From positions 1 through 64,000 of the forward strand of contig JYFJ02001113.1 of assembly GCA_000934665.2 (NCBI GenBank): a stretch of DNA of 64,000 bases. Direction: 5' to 3'. The notes below the pieces were generated by a model that searched no databases, had not been told where the DNA came from, and saw only the letters and a list, made by a program, of their open reading frames with translations. Below are positions 40,501-52,875 of this stretch, in pieces. Both the position numbers and the translations under genes were made by a program. Positions within the stretch are counted from its first letter, which is position 1. Every line of letters begins with the position of its first letter. This DNA is from Catajapyx aquilonaris. Lineage: Eukaryota.

Positions 40501-43500
40501 ACACGCACGTTTCCGGGGCTGAAACTTAGCAGAATGTTTACCCCGTTCCTTGAGACAGGAGCTGCCTTCATGTAGGCTGCAACCATCACGCCTTCATTCC
40601 TGGCATAAAATAATTAGCCGAGCGCAGGTAGCAGCTGCTGCTGTTTTCTTGCCCATCTTCCTGGAGGGCCGATTTTGCTCTAGAAGAACCCTCAAAAAAA
40701 GAGCGTAAGTGGACACAGGCAACAATGGCAATAACTCTGAGGGAGGAACATGTGCGTCTCTCCAACGTGGCCTCCACGCGACTTGGTGTAATGACCAGGA
40801 CGGCAAAAAGTCACCGAGAGGCACCGACTTTATATTCCTTCTCCGTGTCACATCGTGTCGTGCTATATTACCCACAGAAATTAGCCTAATTTAATTAGGA
40901 GTAGGAAGGAAAGGGGGGAGGAGGAATGGAGTAGCGGGTAGGATTAAAATTCATAACAAAACTGGGAAACTTAATTACAGCGGTGGTTACAATCTGCCGT
41001 ACAGCGTGTTGTGCATAAAGAGCCAAGTGAGAGGGGGGGGGGGGGGGGNGGGGGGCAAAATGTCCGATGTAGCCAGTGGGGGTGCCTTGGTCCGGTCTCA
41101 CTTTTGCTTAATTAGACACCCGCCCAAGCCATACCGAACTTAGCGAATATATTGGCCATCCTGTATACGCACATAACTCGGCCGGTTTTCATTTGGCCTC
41201 ATATCTAATTTAGGCTTCATTTTTTTAGTACATCCAGTAAGGGAGAGAAAATGATGAAACCTCTCTCGGGAGCTCAATTTGAGATTTCTCCATATGGTCG
41301 GGGGCAAAATGGACCAAAAACTCCGGAGACTTGTGTAATTATATCCCACCCGCCCANCCCCCCCTATTTTTTTTAACGGGCCTCATTCACCGTTTTGGGG
41401 GCTAAACAATTTTTTTTCGAAGGCAAGAATAATTTTTTGCCACGTGTTCAGCGCCAGCGACTTTGGCAATAATTATGGGTTGTCGGAAGCGTAAATAAAA
41501 TAACTTCCATGATAGCTTTGTTGGTCAGTCAAGTTAAAAACTGCATGCTCGAAATACGCCGATGGAATTTTTGTTTCCGTAAAAAAAAAGCCTGTACACT
41601 CATGGGCGGAAGTTAATGAGCCTGCAATTTGGCTTAGTACTATGGGTGACTCAAAATGGGTGCACCTTGGATCTACAACCATTTTTCTTCACAGTCACTA
41701 ACCAATTCCTGCTATGAAATTTGCGAAGGGAATAATGGCTATGTGAATTATTTTACCACGTGAATTATCACCCAGTGATTTTATCTATTTTATTTGTGTC
41801 TTTATTAATAGAACTACTGTATATTTTACACTATACACTGTACAAATATATTAATATATTTGCATAGTGTATATTTTCCAGTGTCGAAAAATAAATTTAT
41901 TAATTTCTTTGACGGTTGACGTGGGTTTAACCTACGACATAGCATTCTTCTGCTGCATTTTTACTAGATAGTAGGGGCAGAATACGTATTTTTGGCGGTT
42001 CAATTTTGCATTATGCGAGGCAGAAAAGGGAAAGTTAATAATATAAGGGTTCGTAATTAAGGGGTATCCTAGAAAATGTTTCATGCTTGCGCCCCGTAAA
42101 TTTCCACCGTGAGTACAGCACCGCCGTACTTGGCACAACAACGTACGTGTGTTCGAAGCCGGTTGGGATTATACCTTCCCAGTTTCTCATCTTCTCAGCC
42201 CAACTTGACACGCTTTTTGGCAATAAATTACCCTTGTTATGAAATAATCACCTTGTACACACGGTGCCTTACCGTGTACGTGTCGGCAGTGTGGACTCGG
42301 ATTAGAGGACTTTCTCAGAGCGGAATCCTTGGCAGGCTATTTTGCATGATACGTGAGGTGCGAAGAAGCGTTTCCCCCTCACACACACGTACACACACTA
42401 AGCATCCGGCTTGTTTCTCACGCATCTTCCCACCGTACCTACACACTTGTTGAGTGTCTTTGCTGTGCGTCTCTCTCCCCCTATATTACAACCGGGTGGG
42501 TGCTTAGGCTCGATATGCAAATGAAGACTTGTATTGTCCGCCAAGCCTGGGAGTCTGGGTCTCAAGACCCCCCCATGACCCCAGGTTCCCACGATCTAGC
42601 TCAGGTGCCCTATGCATCCAGGATTAGCCCCCAAGTCCTTTTTTTAAAAGGTTGGCTGGGCTGGGGCGATGGTCCTGATGCTGTGGCAGTTTCCTACCTG
42701 GAAAAATATCTGGCCTCGCTGCCTTTCATTGGGCACGCATGAGAAAGGAGCAGTCCTTATGGCACAAGGACTTGTGCAGCCGACGGGCAAATGACAGATG
42801 GGGAAATTTTTTGGGAGGGGAGGGAGAGAGATATAATTGTCCCGGGGCGTTTATGCATGGAAAACCACAAAAGTCGCGGGGCGATATTAAGCAGCGGATG
42901 ATTGAATATTAGGGTTCCTATTTGGAGGGGAGCGTGGGAGAAAAACCAGAGACGGTGAGAGTCTCCTCAGGGGGTGCACCGAAATTTTCTGGTTGAACAT
43001 AATAATTGGGGGGCATTGTTTCAGTGTCGGTTTAATTAAATTAAGGCTGAAGTGTTGCGTGGGGTATAAGTGGGAGCGATAACATTGTTTCAACGACATC
43101 ACAATGTTTGCCGAAAATGCGGCCTCCCCGAAGCTGCTTACTTTTGTTTTATTTTTATTTTTTATGATCCCATCGACAATTAGCATGATAATTACATGGG
43201 TTTCGACATACAAGACATGGTCTGTGCACACGGTATATTTCCTAGCCAGTAGCGTAACGTATTAATTTCGCTTGCCGTACAATTGTTCAGTAGTCGCTTT
43301 TGTGTTGCTCAAAACTGACATTTCCCTGCTCTCAATAACTGCTTGCACTGTACCGTCCCGCGTCATGTTCAGGGGGAATTCATGTCCTGAACCTGACAGC
43401 TCCATCCATTTGATGCGAAACGTCAACGCCACCTTAGGCCAACAAGTTAATGATACGTTTTGAAATATGCAGTGTGGGAAATTTGTGCATGTTGGTGCAC

Positions 43501-45216
43501 ACAGGTAGTGGGGACCCAACCAGAATATGTGTAGAAAAAAAAAGGCAGGAGGACCAGGTGGTAGTTGGGGAGGTTGAGCAGCATCGACCTTGAGTGGGTT
43601 GTGTAGTAGCCAGAAGCTGTGATCAAGAGCCGGCTTCTTCCTCTCTCCGGCCGCCATCAAGGTCTCAGAAAGCAGCCAGAGAGTGCGTTAACTATCTGGC
43701 CATCGCAGCACACACACACAGTCACACACACACAAAAAAAAATCTTAGTGGGTTAGAAAAATCCAAGTACGGTGCATCACATGCGTCAACACGCTCATCT
43801 TCAGGGGTTTTTATGGGCTCAGGGGGTCATCGACTCAATTTACGACGTTCATGTGACAAACTGGAGTCGACCCTTAATGGCTGGTGCTGGCCTGCACCAG
43901 AATATATATCCGCAGCTGCTGTTTGTATGCGGTGCCCTTTTATATATTTAAAAAAATTGTCGAGATATATATGGTGCCGGGTCGGATCCTTCACGCGGAC
44001 TTGAATCACCTGACATGTATGAAGCGCACACACGCGGCGCTGGACAAGTTTCCTGGAAGCATGTTTTATTCACGGGGCTCATTTGTACCGGCGCGGAACT
44101 TCCTGAGAGAAGGCGACGAGGGAAAAAAAAAGTGATGGAGAGAAGAAAAAAAAAATTGTCGCCTAGGAAACATGGTGGAAAAAGTATGTCTCGCTAGGAT
44201 AAAACTGGGTTCACCGGTGGATGGTTTTCAATGTTAACGTATCTATTCAGACCCATCCAGACATGCACTGCAAGCGGTGCAGTATGTACGACGTAGGGTG
44301 GGGGAGAGGTAGGGTCAAAGATCGGTAACCCAGGAAACCGGTGAAACATCGATAGTCTGGATGTGCTGTACAACCCGCCAGACTGGTTCAAATATATTTT
44401 TTTTATCGGATTGCATTTAGCGAAGATCCGATTTTAGTTTATTTATAGTACAAAATACAACCGGCCAGTCCCGAGCCGTCGATTGTTTACTCCTAGATTT
44501 GACGTGTCAACTTTGATGCGGGGCGTTAATTTTAGTAAACATCTAGCGGAACCTCGCCAAAATGTCCTTCAAGCCCCGGGTTCGGATTTAGCACCGCCCG
44601 AGCTCTGCCTCGGGAACAGACCGACTCGTGCTCTCTGTACTACTTTACATACTAAATGAATTGAACTCCCCCCGCTACCCCCCACCCCACTCAGCTTCAG
44701 GCTTTAAAAAAAAAACTCTATACTCGAACATTGCCCCTCGAAACGTTTTTGTGTGTGTATGTGCGCGCGCGATTTTTTTTTTTCTCTCGCCGTACATTTC
44801 TGGCGTGTGGCGCTCAAACGGCGATAAGGCAATCGTGTTAAATTCAGAATGTGAGCAAAAACCTTGAATGGGTTACCTTGAACAATGAGTCCTCGGGGGG
44901 ACTGGAGGAGGAAGGAGTTGGGGCGGTGGGGGCGATGTGTTGTTGTTATTGTGTCTCCGCCTGCGCGCGCTAAGGTTGGCAGCTCTTTTTTTTTAGCAGG
45001 AAAAAAAAAATCGATTTTGAAACTTCTCCTGAGGGAAGGGAATCAGGATGGCCAACTATGCCAATTTTTTTCAGATACAAAATTTGCAACCAATTAGTGT
45101 GTATATATAAAAAAAAGTGCGAGTAAGAAAACTAGTATGTATTTTTTTTGTGTGTGTGTGTGTGTGCTGGAAGGCAAAGCTCGGTAGTCATACCCCCCTA
45201 CCCACCCATCCCCCTA

Positions 45217-45242
45217 GTCACGTGACGAGGCCCCGATTGGCT
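45217..45242. promoter_or_regulatory. Palindromic E-box GTCACGTGAC plus inverted CCAAT box (GATTGGCT): candidate internal promoter
   Basis: 10-bp USF/MiT-type palindrome at 45217-45226, with an NF-Y-type motif 8 bp downstream. Lies ~450 bp upstream of the roe-like exon in a GC/purine-rich region. Confidence 0.45.
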
Positions 45243-45773
45243 GGGAACCCCCAACCGTGGAAGGGGGGGTTGGTGGGGTGAAAAAAGGGGAGAGGAGGGG
45301 GCGCCCCCCAGCCGAAATGGCCCCCTTTTTTACGTCGCTTTTTTTTCTGCTGCGCCGCAGTGTGTGAGCGGAGGCCAGGCTCGAAAGAGAGAGGCAGAGA
45401 AGGCAAAAGGGGGGCTTCAGGACTAGCCAGCATTTTTTGGGGGTTGGGTGGGGGGGTTCGAAAGAGGGGGGTGGGAATAACCCCCCCTCTTGAAAGAAGA
45501 AGAAAGAAAAAAAAAAAATTAACCCGGAGAGGAGAGGGGGGGCAACCGTGGCGGGTGAAGAAGTGCAGACACGTGTGTGGCGTTACGGGAGATGGGGTGG
45601 TGGTAGTGACCTGTGTGTGAGACGACGGACAGTGTGTTATATTATTTTGGGAGCCGGTCAGTGCTACAACACTGGCGGCCACTAGCCCTCCGCATCCTCT
45701 GGTCCAGGTACAGGACCACGCTTTCAACCATCACCACCACCACCACCACGGCGGGGACCATCAACTTCATGAG

Positions 45774-45884
45774 ATGCCGCTGATGGACCCGAATGAGTGC
45801 GGCGGCTCACCGTTGGCGTATCCCAGCGAGTATCGGACGCCGTCGCCGTCGGAGACTGACCTGAAAGACCCCGGCGACCAGAAG
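45774..45884 (+). CDS. Candidate alternative first coding exon, roughened-eye (roe)-like isoform (MPLMDPNECGGSPLAYPSEYRTPSPSETDLKDPGDQK)
   Basis: GC-rich, coding-like 37 codons ending at donor AAG|GTACCA, phase 0 and in frame with the acceptor at 52876. The frame stays open upstream to 45621 and includes 7 consecutive His codons. Promoter-like elements lie upstream. Confidence 0.7.
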
Positions 45885-48800
45885 GTACCATCCAGAACCA
45901 GAGGATTTATATACACAAAAAAATATATATGTGGAAGGGGGGGGGGGGGGGTGTTTGAACCTAGATGGGGGGAGAGAGAGAGAGAGTGGGTGGGGTTGAG
46001 GGGGTAAAATGGTGCCTCCCCGGAGCCGTTTTCGGTGGTGGCTGGCGTGTGTGGAAGCCCGTCTGGGCCAAAAAACCGTTTCTCGAGGCTGAGTGGCGTG
46101 TGTCCTCTATCTGCCAAAAACTGCTGTGGACCGCCGACCGCACCGAGCGCCGCTGGTTTTTTTTTTTTATGTGTGTGTGCAGTATTTTTATTGCCATTAT
46201 GTTACCGGTTTTTGGTGGCGCGTGTGATTTTTTTGGCCGGGATCGGATAATATTAAGAGAAATGTGCGATTATGTGTGTGGTGCTGTTCGGGTACAACCG
46301 GGTGCAGTAGGCTGAATTGTGTTGGTGATGGGAGTTAATAAAAGGGGGGCTAAAAATATGAGAGCGTAATCGTATGCGCTTAAATAAATATGTTGCGAAA
46401 TCTTGTAATAAACATGTGCGATATGGGGGAGAAAGAACAACAAAAGGTTAGTGTTTTTTAAAGGCCGATGTTGCCAGTGGATGCTCACATGTTCTCACAG
46501 TTGATATCACGTGGCAAAATGCGGCATGGAGTGTTCGATCGATTTTTATTCATAAGTAATGTAATGGAATAATCGGGGAGTAGTGACGTTCACTTTTTTT
46601 TTAAAGTCTAGGCGCTAACTTTTTCTATAAATACGCGCAGACTGAATCGAGATTTAGGCTGAAGCGAATCGGAATTTTTTTGATGTCGAAGTGGGGGGGG
46701 AAAAAGTGGTGCATTGTGAGCTGAATAAAAGAGAGTGAAATTTATTTGACAATGCTCGATACTTATCTGGCCCTCCTCACCGCCCCCTAAAAAACTAGTC
46801 TTGTAATCTTACAGATTACCATGTCGCGTCACAGTATCACTATTTTAGCAGGCTATAAAAATCGGATTTGTTTGTCTCCTAATAGCTGACAAGTCACTAA
46901 ATTCTATTTAGTACCGAATCTCTTCAGCAGTTCTCTCTTGAATGAACGGAGAAGAGAGGGGAAAAAAAATATTTTTTTTCGGCCCTTCCCTCCTTTCCTC
47001 GGTGAACTTTTTTGTGGATCAATAAGGGGGTGCCCGGTCCCCGAAACCTGCGTACAGTGAAGACATGTATTATTACAGACATCGGCGTATTGTATGCATC
47101 GCCTGCAAATATATTCAGTACATGTACCCACACTCGGTGCCATATGTTGTTTACATGCGGGCTGCATAATTTTTTGTATATTGTAGTATGGTGGGGGGAA
47201 AATATTGTATGTGAATATCTCGATTGTTGGCAGCATATGGGCGTTGTCCGAATTCGCTTCCACGAAGAGCGGTGTTGCAGGGTATGGGGAAGAACCTGGG
47301 AGAGAGAAAAAAGATGGTGGATTTTTTGAGGGTGTTTGGCGTCCAGAGGCGTGCATGTGGGAAATTATGAATGCGCAAGTGGCATGAGTGTAATTGGCCC
47401 GTACCTGCTGCTCCTGGAAGAGAGCCCCGGCCATCCGCTGTAATGAAGGGCAAACACTGTGTGCACACACTACTTGCCGGGCATTCCAGTTGCCCCCAGA
47501 AAGCTTCAGGGTTGGAAATAAAAACAAGCCGGGATCCCATTGGCATCTGCACTGCGGGAACCTGATGGAAGCAGCACATTTTTTGGGGACGGGAAATTTT
47601 TGGGAGTTCCCAATTGGGTGCATGGAGGTGCATTTGGGATGGTGCATGCTGGGGGATTGGGGTGTTAAAAAAATTTTTTTTGGGAGGTATCGCCCAGACT
47701 GTTTCCTGCTGGAAGGGCGGCGATCAAAGGAATGCACCTGGAGGGACGCCAGCCTAACCCCCCCGCACTCCTCTGCCACCCATCCCCTACTACCTCCCAT
47801 TTACTTCTTTCGCCCTCCTACTACCACCACTTCTTCCTCTGGGAACAACGCTTTTTTATACTGCCTAACCGGCGAGGGTTCGAAAATCAACTCCAGTAGG
47901 TCACGTTATTTGCAAACCGTCGGTTAATTAAGTAGGGTGTCCTTAAAGCGATTATGTCAATAGGAACCAACAGGAGCCAATCAATAGCGTCATTTGAGTG
48001 AGCGCCAATGTTCATAATAGCATTATTGTCAAGGGCTGGTAAAGAGTGGGGAGATGGTTATTCGGGAAATGAAATATGGAGCGGCGAATTTGCATTCAAT
48101 TTACATGAGCGAGTGCGTGCAACAAAGCTGCTTGGGGAGGGGGGGGGGGGGCTATAATTGTTGCTATAAATGCGGTGGCATCTTGCAGTCAAGTTGTAAC
48201 CCTCCAAATTGTCCGGTATCGAACTAAAATTGTGGTGTGCAATAACCACGCCCCTTCTTTGTCTGGAAAATTATGCGGACAACCCAATTAATGAATCGAC
48301 TTGGAGGCCCCGCTATTAAGCCGATATTTACAAGATGCATAAGAATATGTAATGTGTCCAGCCGCTATTGTCTGGTAGAAAAGCCCCGTATGATTCGAAG
48401 GGTGAAGTCACTCAATAATTTGTTTCTAAGAACTGGCTTGGTGTGGCGTATGACTGTTGCCTCCAGGCGTCCAATTAAGATTTCCCAGCTCTCTTCATGC
48501 AGAAGTGGCCTTACAACTCTTCTGAGAAATTTTTGTAATACTTTCTATATATAATTCAAAAATAAATGGTATTGCTTAAAAATAAACTGTATTGCCCAAC
48601 CTGATTATTTTTGAGCTGTTTTGCATATAATATATTTGATTATTTTTTTAAAAAATGGTGTGTGTGGATATTTGGTTTTAAAAAATTCGGTGTGTATTGT
48701 GGTTAGGTAGGTAGGTGTAGGTAAAGCTTGGGGTCGACTTCCGCTGCGATGGAACAGAACAGGGGCCCTGAGCTTTGTTGCTATCACAAGCAGCATCGAA

Positions 48801-51800
48801 GAGGAGCTTGGGGGAGCCAGCAGAGCGCATCCTCCCCTTCCTCTGTCCTCCCCCAGCTCCCCCCAGTCCCTCCACCCCCTGGCTCTCCCTATGCCAACCC
48901 CCACCCCTCACCAAGGGACACCCACCCTCCCCCATCTATCACTTTGCAGTGGTGTATTCATCGCCGGTAGCAAGTCACCCTTTTTAGTCTGCGCCCCACG
49001 GTTATAACTCCCAGTTGCAAGTGTGAATGTGGATAAAGAAGCGAATAGAAACAAAGAAGAAGAAAAAAAACGCGTGAGAAGAGCTTGCTTTAAAATCACG
49101 CGCTTGAAATGAAAATTATCAAGATGTGTAGTTGATTATAATCTGATGGAGAGTGCGCAGTATATGGTAGGGTGGGTTTACATGCTGAGGTGGCGATAAT
49201 ATTTTATACCTGCCTGTACTCCCAGGAGGCTTTCATAGAATATCGTGGAAGGAACTGGCTTGTCATTCTTACATCATTGTTATCTTCGGATACAGTCCTT
49301 ATTACGGAATTGGCTTTTTAAATGTGACTCGGATGTTTGATATCGATATTGCTTTGCTTGCGTTGATATGTGACGTTTTTTCCCCCTCTTTCTTTCATGA
49401 TGACATGTTACACACATTTTTACGCTTTTGTGACGAGGCAGCAGGTTTTGTTGCGTAACTTTGCGTCACTGATGTAAGCATATATGATGCTCGGGGCAAA
49501 TGTGACGCTTCGGAGGAAGTTGATTTTTAGAGATGGATAAATGCGACATGTTCTCTTGTACATTACAATTATTGAAATTGTGCAAGTGGAAAGTAGAAAA
49601 ATTGCTAGTAAGTTACTTTTTATTGTTGTTTTTCTTCAAATGTGCACTGTAATATACGCGTGGTTTATCTGACTTCCTGTCTTTAAGAGGAAATCTTGTT
49701 CAAACATAAATTAATTATGAATTCAGGACATGCCTAAGGCATTGTAGAGTTAAATATAAATCTAGTCAGGGGTGTAATTAATGCCAATTATACCATTTTG
49801 CATGGCCTGTAATCGTAGTATTAATGGTTACCGAAGCAACCGATTAAGCGGAAGGAGAGTTGAGCATATACGACCTCTAATACTGTGTACAGTATAACGA
49901 TCTCGTGGCTACATATCTCTCAAGGTGAGATGAAGCCTACCTTTCTAACGCAATGAAGGACACACTGAAGTTGGGTCAAATTCTTTGAAGAAGTCACGAT
50001 AATAAACACTAATTTATTACAAATAGATACCAAGCTTCGAGAAGATGATTCACTTAAATTATCTCAAGGTGATAAACAGGTTAGCGAATATAGTGTATAT
50101 AAATTATTGCAAATGTTGTTGGGGATAAGATGCCACATTGAGCAAAAAGTGATCCGTTGCAAGGACAAAATGGTCATGAAATTTTAGGTAGGTAAAATAA
50201 TATTACATGTTCCTCTACAACAATTAGTGTACAGTATTTATTAAATGAATTTACCCGTGGAATTACAGGAAAACAGAGAATCGCGGCGCGCCTCATATTT
50301 TGTCTCTCACTGTAGCCTAATGGAAGACATGTTCTCATGAAGAAGGACAAAAATTCACGAGAGGAATCCTGCTGTATATACGCGGGTTAGATTGACATTG
50401 CACTCATTTCACGAATAGCCATAGTCCTGTTGCTGCACTGACGTGGTACTTCGGAGTTCTTGGATGCCTTGTCTGAATGAATGAGACTGAAACGACAGTA
50501 ATTATTACTTTTCAAACTCTGTTCTCGTAGTATTTGCATGCAAAGTGATGTCCTCTGCACAATTTTCACTCTGCTACCCTTTGGGCACACTCACCCAAAC
50601 GAAAACGGAGTGTTGTACCTCCCTCCCACCAGCATCAAATAATGTACTGGCACTTCCAATTATCCGTACGTAATTGTACGTCGTCACTGGCAGATCGTAA
50701 AAACCACCCAAGTCGGCCGTGAATAAGACAGCGCATGCTATACGTACGCAATTTTAACAAAATATCATCCGACTGTTGACCGGTCAGAGTGAACTATTGA
50801 CGTGACTGACAAGTCAGTGGCATAATGATACACTATCTAAGAGTATTTTAATTGCCACAGTCAACAAGCTCGTGTAAGAGAAAAAAAAACGTGAATGTCG
50901 TAACTATTTGACAGACTATTACAAACATTTAAGATGGCACCGGCAGCCATATATAGTTTTGAGATAAAAAGAAGCGGGATTATTGGGATGGCCTGAATTA
51001 GCTGTATTAATTTCTGATGGTTTCATTATCAGTGGTTCGTCTGTACACGCTCGGAAATTTGATTGCTGGAATTTATTTCTTGAACTATCCGCACTTAGTC
51101 TGTGCATCACCGTTGAAATATGAACGCGTCTAACTACAATGTGGATCGTCGAAATTAAAGTTAGAATTAATTAGCCCAACTCTTCGTACTGACCCTCTGC
51201 CGACGCAAATCATTATTGTCAGATATTCTTCAATCACTTAAAGAGTACCTGAGCTGCACAGGCATATAGAGACATCCTTGAATAATGCATCTCCGCCATG
51301 CAGCCATGCAGTGGAGAATTGCATCCCGGCAGGATGCACCGACGCACTTTGAGCGCGTGGTCGTCGACTGTTACGCAATGTACAGGCGCGGGGGGTTGTA
51401 GAGACATAAGTGTGAGTGTATATAGACAGCGACAGTTGTGTGTCGGTGGTGGGTGGGGGAAGGCAGGGAGGGAAGGCTTCCATTCCCTCCCCTAGTAGTT
51501 TGGGTGCATGGAGGCAGGGACAATGCATCCTGCAGCGACTGCGCTGCCCCATATTTCATGGGGCTGCGATCAATAAAAGGCTCGTTTGTAGGCAGAGCCG
51601 GCCAAGATGACTCCCATCCTTGAAGTGCTGCTAGTTGGGGGCTTCAGAGAGGGCAAAACGCTCAAATTGTTTCTAGGCGGTGCCTCTCCCACCCCCCGGC
51701 TAAGAATAATCACAAATTGGTGCATCATGGCGCGCAATGATGATTGTTTTTGTGGGTTTTTTTTGCGCGCGACTCCCGTAGTTTCATCAGAGTTTACGCC

Positions 51801-52875
51801 ATCGTTTCATTGATAAACGGACGGGAACTTCTATATCGGTCGCCGATGGTTGTGACTCCATGTTTAGTGTGCAAGGTTCAAGGTTGGTCCTTTGTACTAA
51901 CCTCGCGATATCGTTCGTAATCTGTGTGGCAGCGTCTGCTGCGGTGGTTGCTGTTTTTCAGGACGTCTGAATTTCGAACCTGCGACGAAACCGGACCTTT
52001 GTATACACACGAGTCGATGTATCGGCTAGGGTCGGACCTTGTTGGAGCATAGGGAAATGCGATTTAATAATTCAAGTACCTGTAAACTGTGCAGACTGTA
52101 AGCATTGCGTTGAATAGTTGATATACATATATAGGCGTATATACTTGAGCATGTGCCTTGTGGGAAATGGGTAGGGGGGAAAAAAAAGCTGGCAGACGAA
52201 ACTTGGCGTAGCATTTTTTTGGGTAGGAGTGTGGATCTGATGGCCAAGACATTGCAATATTGTATACTTGAGCCTAGAGTTTGAATCATTTCTGCATACG
52301 TTCTGCGCACCCCCCACTGAGAGTGGGCTCTGATGCATGTTACTCCCTTTTCCCTATGTAGCTTGTCTAGTTGGTACTTCTTGTATTTCGTCTCTCTCTG
52401 ATGGAAAATTGTGATGTCCAGGAATGACGGTAGCAACTAAGTAAAAATATGCAAAAAAAAGAAAAGAAAAGCACCACTTCCTTGGCTGTGACAGGTTGAT
52501 GAGCCAGTAGAGATGTGGAGAGAGCTCTTGGTGTAGACTTGTCTGATTGGCAGTGTATCATCCTGATAGAAAACCAAAAGGCAGTCGTTTTGCATGACGC
52601 GCGGGCCCAGACCTGTGTGATGTACAGTCTTTGACAGACTCCCGAGTGTGGCCACGGAATGTAACGAAAAAAGAGGAGAGGGCACTGCGAGCAAATTGAT
52701 CGGTCTGATGACACACAAGTAGTGCCCTCCCGTTTTGTGTAGCTAGCAAAAATGGGGAGTCTTGTCACTTGTTTTATGATCTTATGCAAGTTATATTATT
52801 CTTATATTCTTATATAATCCGGATATTGCTATGAAACCGGGGCACTCATTCCCATCTCTTCTGTGCTCCTTGCAG

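Noticed and set aside
46904..47927. 298-aa minus-strand and 177-aa plus-strand ORFs (possible nested gene)
   Set aside because: Homopolymer-derived residues and no domain similarity. I saw no nested RacGAP-like gene of the kind found at Drosophila rn.
52831..52875. ATG start of the 427-aa ORF (MKPGHSFPSLLCSLQ)
   Set aside because: This is the polypyrimidine tract and acceptor of the intron; the exon begins at 52876.
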